This document shows positions 1 through 7,625 of a DNA stretch of 64,000 nt, in pieces. The stretch lies in NCBI GenBank assembly GCA_963843775.1, contig CAWJLT010000012.1, positions 954,223 to 1,018,222 on the forward strand, written 5' to 3'. Under the pieces are notes generated by a model. That model searched no databases and was not told the DNA's origin. It was given only the letters and a program-made list of their open reading frames with translations. A program made the translations under genes and the position numbers. The DNA is from an uncultured Actinomycetota bacterium (GTDB taxonomy: Bacteria > Actinomycetota > Actinomycetes > Propionibacteriales > Nocardioidaceae). Position 1 is the first letter of the stretch. Every line of letters starts with the position of its first letter.

Positions 1-280
1 GAACCAGTCGTCGGAGGCGGCGGCCCCCGACGACCGGGCGGCTCGCCTGATGATCCTGCACGTGCTCGCCCACGCCATCCGAGCTGATCGGGCACCCCAG
101 CGCATCCGGGTCCGCGTGATCAGCGACGAACGCAGCGATGCCGAGCTCGTGGAGTTCGCGACCACCGGTGCGAAGGATCCGTTGACGACCCCGCCCGGGA
201 CGGCCGAGGAGAGCGTCGGTGCTCTCGACTACCAGGACTGGCGCGCTGAGGTCATGGGTCTCTTCCAGGTCGAGGCCTGA
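1..280 (+). CDS. C-terminal fragment of a hypothetical protein; the gene starts upstream of the window
   Basis: The reading frame is open from base 2 to the stop at 278-280. The track ORF 50..280 is its internal-Met tail. I recognise no family. Confidence 0.35.
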   Translation, partial: NQSSEAAAPDDRAARLMILHVLAHAIRADRAPQRIRVRVISDERSDAELVEFATTGAKDPLTTPPGTAEESVGALDYQDWRAEVMGLFQVEA

Positions 281-285
281 GCGCC

Positions 286-1467
286 ATGGCTTCCCACGAC
301 TTCGACCTCTACCGGCTCTCCGACGACCACGATGACCTGCGTGCCGCAGTCCGGGAGCTGGCCACGAACAAGATCGCGCCCTACGCCGCCGACGTGGATG
401 CCGGCTCGGTGTTCCCCCAGGAGGCCTACGACGCCCTGGTGGCCGCCGACTTCCACGCCCCGCACGTGCCCGAGGAGTACGAGGGCATGGGGGCAGACGC
501 CCTGGCCACCTGCATCGTGATCGAGGAGGTCGCCCGTGCCTGTGCGTCATCGTCACTGATCCCGGCGGTCAACAAGCTCGGCAGTCTCCCGCTCATCCTC
601 GGTGGGTCGGAGGAGCTCAAGCAGCGCTACCTACCAGCGTTGGCGCGCGGAGAGGGTGCCTTCTCCTACGGCCTCTCCGAGCGTGAGGCCGGCTCGGACA
701 CCGCCTCGATGAAGTGCCGCGCCCGTCCCGACGGTGACGACTGGGTGCTGTCGGGTCAGAAGTCCTGGATCACGAACGCCGGGTTCTCCGACTACTACAC
801 GGTCCTGGCCGTGACCGACCCTGAGGCACGTCGGGGGGCGGGCATCAGCGCGTTCATCGTGGAGAAGTCCGACGAGGGCTTCAGCTTCGGGAGCAAGGAG
901 CGCAAGCTCGGCATCAAGGGATCGCCCACCCGTGACCTGGTCTTCGACAACGTGCACATCCCCGGGGACCGCATCATCGGCGAACCCGGCACTGGCCTTC
1001 CCCTGGCGCTTCGCACCCTCGATCACACGCGGGTCACGATCGGCGCCCAGGCTGTCGGCATCGCCCAGGGGGCGCTGGACTTCGCTGCGGACTACGTCAA
1101 GCAGCGCTCTCAGTTCGGGCGGCGGCTGGCCGAGTTCCAGGGGCTGCAGTTCATGATCGCCGACATGGCCATGAACCTGGAGGCGGCACGCCAGATGGTC
1201 TACGTCGCCGCCGCCAAGTCCGAGCGGGACGACCCCGACCTGCCGTTCTTCGGTGCCGCAGCCAAGTGCTTCGCCTCCGACATGGCCATGCGAGTGACCA
1301 CCGACGCGGTGCAGCTGCTCGGCGGCTACGGCTACACCCAGGACTTCCCGGTCGAACGGATGATGCGGGACGCCAAGATCACCCAGATCTACGAGGGCAC
1401 CAACCAGGTGCAGCGGATCGTGATGGCCCGGCAGGTTCTTGCTGCCGGGTCACCAGCGGGCCGGTGA
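286..1467 (+). CDS. Acyl-CoA dehydrogenase (FadE-type)
   Basis: 393 aa. It shows the typical ACAD layout, with motifs such as GxSEREAGSD, DDWVLSGQKSWITNAG, QFGRRLAEFQGLQFMIADMA and QLLGGYGYTQDFPVERMMRDAKITQIYEGTNQVQR. Confidence 0.92.
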   Translation: MASHDFDLYRLSDDHDDLRAAVRELATNKIAPYAADVDAGSVFPQEAYDALVAADFHAPHVPEEYEGMGADALATCIVIEEVARACASSSLIPAVNKLGSLPLILGGSEELKQRYLPALARGEGAFSYGLSEREAGSDTASMKCRARPDGDDWVLSGQKSWITNAGFSDYYTVLAVTDPEARRGAGISAFIVEKSDEGFSFGSKERKLGIKGSPTRDLVFDNVHIPGDRIIGEPGTGLPLALRTLDHTRVTIGAQAVGIAQGALDFAADYVKQRSQFGRRLAEFQGLQFMIADMAMNLEAARQMVYVAAAKSERDDPDLPFFGAAAKCFASDMAMRVTTDAVQLLGGYGYTQDFPVERMMRDAKITQIYEGTNQVQRIVMARQVLAAGSPAGR

Positions 1468-1543
1468 CGGCGCTCTCTTGCACGTTGGATCCCTGACGTG
1501 AGATCCGGGGAGGTCGCAGGGACGGACTGCCGAGGAGGCGATC

Positions 1544-2068
1544 ATGAGAGTTCTCGTGGTGTACGAGTCGATGTTCGGCAACACCGAGGCGGTCGCGCGT
1601 GCCGTGGCCGAGGGGCTCGGTGAACGGCTGGACGTCGAGCTGCGCGAGGTCGGCGAGGCACCGGTCAGCGATGGGATCGACCTGATCGTGGCGGGTGGAC
1701 CGACCCACGCGTTCTCGCTGAGCAGGCCGTCCACGCGTGCAGATGCCATTGCCAAGGGCGCGACGCGCGACAGCGAGAAGACGGGCCTTCGCGAGTGGTT
1801 GAGCGACTTGCCACGAACTGCTCGGAGCGTCTCCTTCGCGGCCTTCGACACGAGAGTCGACAAGGTGCGCCACCTGCCGGGGTCGGCGGCGGTCAAGGCA
1901 GCCAAGATCGCGCGCCGCCTGGGATATGCACCCGCTGGACATCAGAGCTTCTACGTGAGCGACACCATGGGACCGCTGCTTCCCGGCGAGCTCGAACGTG
2001 CGAGGACGTGGGGCGAGCGGGTGGCCGTTGAGGTGGACGCGGCGTCCGCAGAGCAGACCGGTGACTGA
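1544..2068 (+). CDS. Flavodoxin-like fold protein
   Basis: The N-terminus MRVLVVYESMFGNTEAVARAVAEGL is the classic flavodoxin FMN-loop start. The size is 174 aa. Confidence 0.75.
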   Translation: MRVLVVYESMFGNTEAVARAVAEGLGERLDVELREVGEAPVSDGIDLIVAGGPTHAFSLSRPSTRADAIAKGATRDSEKTGLREWLSDLPRTARSVSFAAFDTRVDKVRHLPGSAAVKAAKIARRLGYAPAGHQSFYVSDTMGPLLPGELERARTWGERVAVEVDAASAEQTGD

Positions 2069-2141
2069 CCGGGCCCGCGTTGCCGCGCGCGAGACGGTGA
2101 GCCCGCTCCCACCGCCACGCCCCGAGGGGTCGTCTGTTGCG

Positions 2142-2972
2142 GTGTCGTTGCTCCTGGCCGTGATCCTCCTACCAGCCGTCGCCTACGGCTTGTTCGCTCC
2201 CAACGCCTACCAAGGCTATGGGCATGACCTGGTGCTGGTCTCACGCGCCCAGGACGCCCTCACCGCGCTCCTCCTGCCGCTCCTGGTGTGGGCCGGTGTG
2301 CGCAGCCGCCGTGGCTCACTGTCGTGCCACGTGCTGTGGCTGGGCCTGCTGTTCTATCTCGCCTACTCCTATGCGATCTACCTGATCGGCTGGCAGGAGA
2401 ACCGCTTCTTCCTGGTCTACGTACTCGTGGTCCTGGTGTCCGCGGCTGCCCTCCTCGATGGCCTGGCCAGGGTGGACAGTGAGGCGGTCCAGCCTGCCGT
2501 GGACGGCTTCCGGACCCGCGGACTCGGATGGTTCCTGGTCCTCATCGGGGTCGCGTTCATCGGCCTGTGGCTGAGCGACGTGGGGCCCTCGGCCTTCGGC
2601 GGGCGGCCCCCGACCCACCTCGGACCCGGTGGCACGCCGTACGCCGTCTACGTCCTGGACCTCACCGTCGCACTCCCCGTCGTGATCGTGACCGGGGTGA
2701 TGCTCGTCCGACGGCACCCGATGTCGGTGGTGCTCGGAGGCGTCGTCCTGGTCAAGATCACGACCCTGTTCACCGCACTGTGGCTCGGGGTCATGGCCCA
2801 GGTGCTGACGGGTGAGGACGTTGCGTTCACTCCGGACATGGTGCCCAGCGCCGTACTCCCGATCGTCACAGTGGTCGTGCTGGCGCGAGCGGTCCGCCGC
2901 CTCGGACGTCCTGCGAGTGGCTGGCTGCGCTCCCAGCTCTGGCCGTCAGCGCGGAGACGGCGGCGGGCCTGA
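2142..2972 (+). CDS. Integral membrane protein of unknown function
   Basis: The track ORF is 1998..2972. Its first ~48 codons overlap the flavodoxin gene and are Arg/Pro-rich. A GTG at 2142 precedes the first of several hydrophobic helices (VSLLLAVILLPAVAYGLF...). The start is uncertain. Confidence 0.55.
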   Translation: MSLLLAVILLPAVAYGLFAPNAYQGYGHDLVLVSRAQDALTALLLPLLVWAGVRSRRGSLSCHVLWLGLLFYLAYSYAIYLIGWQENRFFLVYVLVVLVSAAALLDGLARVDSEAVQPAVDGFRTRGLGWFLVLIGVAFIGLWLSDVGPSAFGGRPPTHLGPGGTPYAVYVLDLTVALPVVIVTGVMLVRRHPMSVVLGGVVLVKITTLFTALWLGVMAQVLTGEDVAFTPDMVPSAVLPIVTVVVLARAVRRLGRPASGWLRSQLWPSARRRRRA

Positions 2973-3114
2973 AGCCCTTGAAGGTCAGGTAGAGGCCGAG
3001 GGATGGTGCGGTTGGCCTGGTCGTGTGCATGTCTCGCCCATGGCCTGAACCTAGGCACCGACGTGGTGAGTGCGGATCACCAGACGTGGTGACCCAGGTG
3101 GTGATTGGCGTGGG

Positions 3115-6100
3115 TCAGCGGATCTCGGTCGGTCCAGCGATCGCGCTGTTGCCGACATTGCCCGTCAGGTCCGTCTGGGTCGCCCGGGCGTAGAGGGTGG
3201 GCGTGGTGCCCAGGAAGGCTGAGGTCACGCTCCATGCCCCGGTTCCGGCGTTGACAGCCACGCCGGTCAGCGTCGCCTTCGTGTTCGGCGCCGTGCAGGG
3301 GAACACGTTCGTCGTGCACAGCACGACGGTGAGGGTCAGGTTGTCGCCCGGGCCGAAGCTGGCGAACCCGTTGGTGGTGGCGGTCTGGCCCGCGTCTGCA
3401 GCGAAGTCCGTGATCGACACCGAGGGCGCGACGTTGTCGGTGTAGGTGACGGTGCGGTCGGTGTAGGTCGCGGCCGCGGCCAGGTTGCCGGCCAGGTCTC
3501 GGGCAGAGCTCGCGGCCAGGGCCGGGATGACGGTGCCGGACTTGGTCATCCCCGAGACAGCCACGTTGAAGGGCCCGGTGCCAGTGATGACGTAGGAGCT
3601 CGGGAGAGCGGTACCACCCAGGGTGAGGCCGGCGCCGACGAACCCGTAGACGGGGCTGTTGTAGGTCACGGTGAAGTTGATGGGCGAGCTCGTCGTGGGG
3701 TCGGCCTGGCCCGCGGCCTGGTTCAGCGTGACGGTCGGGGCGATCGTGTCGATGGTCACCGTGGTGAACGAGGATGCGGGACTGACGTTGAGGGAGGGGT
3801 CGGTCGCGGTCGCGGTCATCGTGAAGGTGCCGTTGGTGAACGCCGTGGCAGTCGTGTAGGAGTAGCTGCCCGACGCCGGCACGACTACCGTGCCGATCAG
3901 GGTCACGTCGCGGTAGATCTTGACGGTCGAGCCGACCTCGGCGGTGCCGGTGAACACCGGCTTGGTGTTGTTGGTGATGCCGTCGGAGTTCGAGAAGCCG
4001 CTGTCAGTCGCTGCCGTGATGACCGGCGCCGAGGGCGCGGCCGGCGCCACGACGTCGTTGTAGGTGACGGTGTTGTCAGTCGTGGTCGAGGCGGTGTTCG
4101 CGTTGCCGGCGATGTCGGTGACCTTCGAGGCCGCAACCGCCGCGATGACGGTGCCCGACTTCGTCATGCCGGATGCTTGGATGCCGTACGTCGGGCCGGA
4201 GCCGCTCAGTGCCGTGGTGGTGGCCAGTGCCGTGCCGCTGAGAGTGACGTCGGTGTTGACGAACCCGTCCACCTGTTCGCTGAAGACCACCGTGTAGGAG
4301 ATCAGCGGTGTGGTGGTCGGGTCCGCCTGACCGGCGGCCACGTTCACGGTCAAGGTCGGGGCGGTGAGGTCGATGATGACGACGGTGCTGCCGGAGGCAA
4401 CCGAGATGTTGCCGGCCACGTCGGTCGCCCTGGCGGTGATGGTGTGCGTCCCCGCGCTCAGGGCAGTGGTCGCACCCGAGTAGGTGCCGCTGGCGACGGT
4501 CGGGCCAGGGGATGTGCCGGTGGCCACCGCCCCGTCGTAGAGGCGGACGTAGGAGACCTCCTCGCCGGTTCCGGTGAACGTCAGGGTGGTCGACTTCGTG
4601 ATCCGGTCCGAGCTCGAGATGCCGGTGTCGGAGGCCGCGGACAGGACCGGGTCCGAGGGAGCCTCGGGTGCTGTGGTGTCGATGAAGATGGTGGTGGTGG
4701 CTGACGATGGGCCTGCGTTGCCGGCCACGTCCTCCGAGGAGACCGAGAGGGTGTGGGTGCCGGAGCTCAGCAGGCTCGAGGTGACGGAGTACGTCGTGGT
4801 CGTCGTCGTCACCTGACCGACCTGGGTGTCGGAGTCGAAGAGGGTCACGATGGCCTTGGAGTCGTTGGTCCCTGTGACGACCGGCGTGGTCTTGTTGGTG
4901 ATCCGGTCCGTGGAGGACCGTCCCGTGTCAGAGGTGACCGCGACGAGCAGCGGGGCGGACGCAGCGGGGGGTGCGATCGTGTCGACCACGACGGTGATCG
5001 AGGTCGAGATGAGGCTCAGGTTCCCGGCTGCGTCCGCTGCCTTCGTCGTGACCACGTGCGAAGCGTCCGGAAGACTCGACGCGACCATCGAGAACGTCGT
5101 GGAGGCAGCGTAGAAGGTGCCGATCACCGTGGTCCCGGTGTAGAGGTAGACGGTGGTCGCCGCCGTCGTGGTTCCGGTGATGGTCGGCGTGGTGATGTTC
5201 GTGATCTTGTCCGAGCTGGATCGTCCCGAGTCGCTGGCGGCGGGAAGGACGGGGGTTCCGGTCTTGGCCGGCGCGACGGTGTCGATGGTCACGACCACGG
5301 AGGCGGAGTACGCCGAGATGTTGCCGGCCACGTCGGTGGCCTTGATCGTGATCGTCTTCGCGCCGTCGGTCAGTGCGGCGGAGGTGACGTCGTAGGTCCC
5401 GGTGCCGGCTGCGGTGGAGGTTCCTACGGACGTGGTCGTGCTGTACAAGGTGATGGCGGCGTCGGCCTCGGTCGATCCGGTGAACGTCGGTGTCTTCACG
5501 TTCGTGAGCCGGTCGGAGTCGGAGATCCCCGAGTCCGAGGCTGCCGTGAGCACCGGAGCGGTCGGGGTTGCTGGCGCGGTCGTGTCGATGGTCACGACGG
5601 TCCCGGCCGATGCGATGCTCATGTTCGCTGCCGGGTCCGTGGCCTTCGCGGTCATCGTGTGCACACCGGCAGCCAAGGTGCTCGAGGTGACCGAGTAGGT
5701 TCCGGTGCCCGACGTGAGCGCCGTACCCACGAAGGTGGAACCGTCGAACAGGGCGACGGTCGAACCCGGCTCAGCCGTGCCCGTCATCGTCGGTGTCGTC
5801 ACCTTGGTGATGCGGTCGCTCGAGGAGCTGCCGGAGTCACTGGCCGCGGTGAGGACCGGCGCCGAGGGTGCCGACGGGGCTACGGTGTCGATGCGGATCA
5901 GCACGGTCTCCGTGGCGGAGACCGAGCCGTGCTCGTCCTCGGCAGAGAACCGCAGCGTGTGGATGGCGTCCCCACTGACCGAGACCGTGGTGCTCGAGGC
6001 GTACACCTTGATGGTCGAGCCACCGTCGAGGGTGTAGCTGATCGAGTCGACGCCGAACCCGGCGTGGGCGCTCAGGGTGACCACCACCGGGGAGGAGTTG

Positions 6101-6648
6101 TTCCAGCCGTTGCCGTTCGGGACGGGTGAGAAGCTCGTGGCGTTCACGGTCGGCAGGGAGTTGTCGTTGATCACCTCCACGCTGGGACTGTTCGCACTGT
6201 CAGCGGTCCAGGAGCCGATCAGGCCTGTGACCACGTAGTGGTAGTCACCGTCGATGACGTCGAGGTCGTTGCAGGACAGCGCCGTCGTGGGTGCGGCGGC
6301 GCTCGTGCCGCATGCCGGGTCGGTGTCGCCGTCACTGTCCCGGACACGCAGGAGGTAGTAGCCGGTCGCCGGTTGTCCCGAGGCCAACCTGGCCGGGCTC
6401 CAGGTCACTGCCACGGTCGTGGAGTTCACGGGTGCGTCCGCGACCACGTTCTCCGGAGCCCACAGGGTCCCGGTCAGCGCAATGGCGCCGCCTTCGCCGT
6501 CCTCGGTCCAGAACGCCCAGGCGGCAGCGCCGCCGAGGCTCATCAGGACCGCAGCCCCGAACAGTGCCACCAACACACGACGCCTCATGGCCCCCGCTAC
6601 CGCAGCCGCGCGCCCGGGAGGGCTCGTGAACCTGGTGGCGGGGGCCAT
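3115..6648 (-). CDS. Large exported surface protein: SipW/TasA-type signal region, FN3-like segment, six Ig-like (SDSGxSxSDxITN) repeats and two copies of a second ~100-aa domain
   Basis: 1177 aa. The N-terminal hydrophobic stretch ends in AAAWAFWTEDG. Five consecutive ~100-aa repeats start with D-T-x-A-P...VLTAASDSG(I/S)S(D/S)SDRITN(V/K)TTPT(F/M)TGT, and a sixth copy lies further on. The alternative start MRRRVLV at 6588 is more likely. Confidence 0.85.
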   Translation of the reverse strand: MAPATRFTSPPGRAAAVAGAMRRRVLVALFGAAVLMSLGGAAAWAFWTEDGEGGAIALTGTLWAPENVVADAPVNSTTVAVTWSPARLASGQPATGYYLLRVRDSDGDTDPACGTSAAAPTTALSCNDLDVIDGDYHYVVTGLIGSWTADSANSPSVEVINDNSLPTVNATSFSPVPNGNGWNNSSPVVVTLSAHAGFGVDSISYTLDGGSTIKVYASSTTVSVSGDAIHTLRFSAEDEHGSVSATETVLIRIDTVAPSAPSAPVLTAASDSGSSSSDRITKVTTPTMTGTAEPGSTVALFDGSTFVGTALTSGTGTYSVTSSTLAAGVHTMTAKATDPAANMSIASAGTVVTIDTTAPATPTAPVLTAASDSGISDSDRLTNVKTPTFTGSTEADAAITLYSTTTSVGTSTAAGTGTYDVTSAALTDGAKTITIKATDVAGNISAYSASVVVTIDTVAPAKTGTPVLPAASDSGRSSSDKITNITTPTITGTTTAATTVYLYTGTTVIGTFYAASTTFSMVASSLPDASHVVTTKAADAAGNLSLISTSITVVVDTIAPPAASAPLLVAVTSDTGRSSTDRITNKTTPVVTGTNDSKAIVTLFDSDTQVGQVTTTTTTYSVTSSLLSSGTHTLSVSSEDVAGNAGPSSATTTIFIDTTAPEAPSDPVLSAASDTGISSSDRITKSTTLTFTGTGEEVSYVRLYDGAVATGTSPGPTVASGTYSGATTALSAGTHTITARATDVAGNISVASGSTVVIIDLTAPTLTVNVAAGQADPTTTPLISYTVVFSEQVDGFVNTDVTLSGTALATTTALSGSGPTYGIQASGMTKSGTVIAAVAASKVTDIAGNANTASTTTDNTVTYNDVVAPAAPSAPVITAATDSGFSNSDGITNNTKPVFTGTAEVGSTVKIYRDVTLIGTVVVPASGSYSYTTATAFTNGTFTMTATATDPSLNVSPASSFTTVTIDTIAPTVTLNQAAGQADPTTSSPINFTVTYNSPVYGFVGAGLTLGGTALPSSYVITGTGPFNVAVSGMTKSGTVIPALAASSARDLAGNLAAAATYTDRTVTYTDNVAPSVSITDFAADAGQTATTNGFASFGPGDNLTLTVVLCTTNVFPCTAPNTKATLTGVAVNAGTGAWSVTSAFLGTTPTLYARATQTDLTGNVGNSAIAGPTEIR
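4369..5889 (-). repeat. Five tandem in-frame coding repeats of ~300 bp (Ig-like modules) inside the adhesin gene
   Basis: By my count the protein repeats span aa 254-354, 355-455, 456-555, 556-656 and 657-760. Each begins (I/V)DT(V/T/I)AP. Confidence 0.8.
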
Positions 6649-6731
6649 GGGGGACCGTTCTCTTCCAGAAGTGGTCTGAGACGCGCGCTGACGCAGGGAG
6701 CGACTGGGCTCCCTGCGTCAGTGGAGCGTGG

Positions 6732-7190
6732 TCAGTTGCTGGTGTAGGTGATGGTCACGGCGGCGGTCTTGCACGCGTCCTGGTTCACGCCGGGCTTGTT
6801 GTTGAACTGGATGGTCAGGCCCGACCAGGAGCCCTTGCCGTTGCCCGCGGCGACCTCGGCGCCGACGGTGGCGGTGCCGGCGATGGTGTAGTCGGCGGCG
6901 CTGCAGCCGACCTTGTCCGTCGCGGTGACGGCGGCGGTCACACTGGCGACGTAGACGGGTCCGGCGTTGGGGTTGTCGAAGTTGCCGGACAAGGCCTGCG
7001 CGGCGACGCCCGGGGCCATGCCAGACACGGTGCTGGTCTGGTTCACGACGACGGCCACGTTGGTGCCGGTGCCGCCGCTCCCCGTGCCGGAGCCCGAGTT
7101 GGTCCAGTACGCGAAGGCCGCGCCCGCTCCCACCAAGATGATGACAACTCCGACGATGATCGTGGTGGTGCGCTTTGCGGTTCGCTTCAT
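6732..7190 (-). CDS. Small exported protein with a SipW/TasA-type (alternate-type) signal peptide
   Basis: 152 aa. The sequence MKRTAKRTTTIIVGVVIILVGAGAAFAYWTNSGSG has the same A-(F/W)-A-(Y/F)-W-T motif as the downstream adhesin. It is the first gene of the operon. Confidence 0.7.
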   Translation of the reverse strand: MKRTAKRTTTIIVGVVIILVGAGAAFAYWTNSGSGTGSGGTGTNVAVVVNQTSTVSGMAPGVAAQALSGNFDNPNAGPVYVASVTAAVTATDKVGCSAADYTIAGTATVGAEVAAGNGKGSWSGLTIQFNNKPGVNQDACKTAAVTITYTSN

Positions 7191-7260
7191 GATGGCGCTT
7201 TCTTGTTGGCCGGGGGAGCATCAGGAGGCCGACGGCCGTCCGGATGACGCAGCCACCACC

Positions 7261-7340
7261 AGCTAGTAGCGGTACGTCTTCGGACTAATCGTTGCATAAA
7301 TGGATGTAATGCATAATCAAACGCAAATTGGACTAGTCCA
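7261..7340 (-). promoter_or_regulatory. AT-rich promoter/operator island upstream of the exported-protein operon
   Basis: Bases 7291-7330 (gttgcataaatggatgtaatgcataatcaaacgcaaattg) have 13 G/C out of 40 by my count, in an otherwise very GC-rich sequence. The island contains TTGCAT / ATGCAT elements and the perfect palindrome GGACTAGTCC (7331-7340). Confidence 0.5.
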
Positions 7341-7404
7341 CCTCGCCCTCCCCCTTGCCCTCCACCTTGCTCGGGGACCCTGTCGGGGCCCGTCCGTGGG
7401 GGCG

Positions 7405-7605
7405 GTCGAGCGGGCAGTCGTCTCACGCGGTAGGCCGCTGAGCGGGCAGTTCGTGCTCGTGTGAGGGCGCCGAGCGGGCAGTTGTGTCCCGATTCCTGTC
7501 GGCGCGAGTTCGTACGACGTGACGAGACTGCCCGGTCGGCGTCGTACGACGTGACGAGACTGCCCGGTCGGCGTCGTACGACGTGACGACGACTGCCCGG
7601 TCGGC
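7405..7605. repeat. Array of six ~32-bp repeat units: three in one orientation (7405-7490) and three tandem copies in inverted orientation (7506-7605)
   Basis: The right side has GTCGTACGACGTGACGAGACTGCCCGGTCGGC three times (7506-7540 partial, 7541-7572, 7573-7605 with a 3-nt insertion). The left side has GAGCGGGCAGT at 7409, 7440 and 7472, which is the diverged reverse complement of ACTGCCCGGTC. The palindrome CGTCGTACGACG forms the unit junctions. Confidence 0.85.
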
Positions 7606-7625
7606 GAGCTACGTGGCGTCGCCCA

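Noticed and set aside
4753-6129. 458-aa plus-strand ORF, and other plus-strand ORFs at 3197-6747, inside the adhesin gene
   Set aside because: These ORFs are antisense or alternate-frame to a clearly modular 1177-aa protein. Their products are Arg/Gly/Asp-rich with no domain signature, which is typical of high-GC open-frame artefacts.
7405-7605. CRISPR array
   Set aside because: The ~32-bp units abut directly without unique spacers. Half of them are inverted and diverged. No cas genes are in the window.
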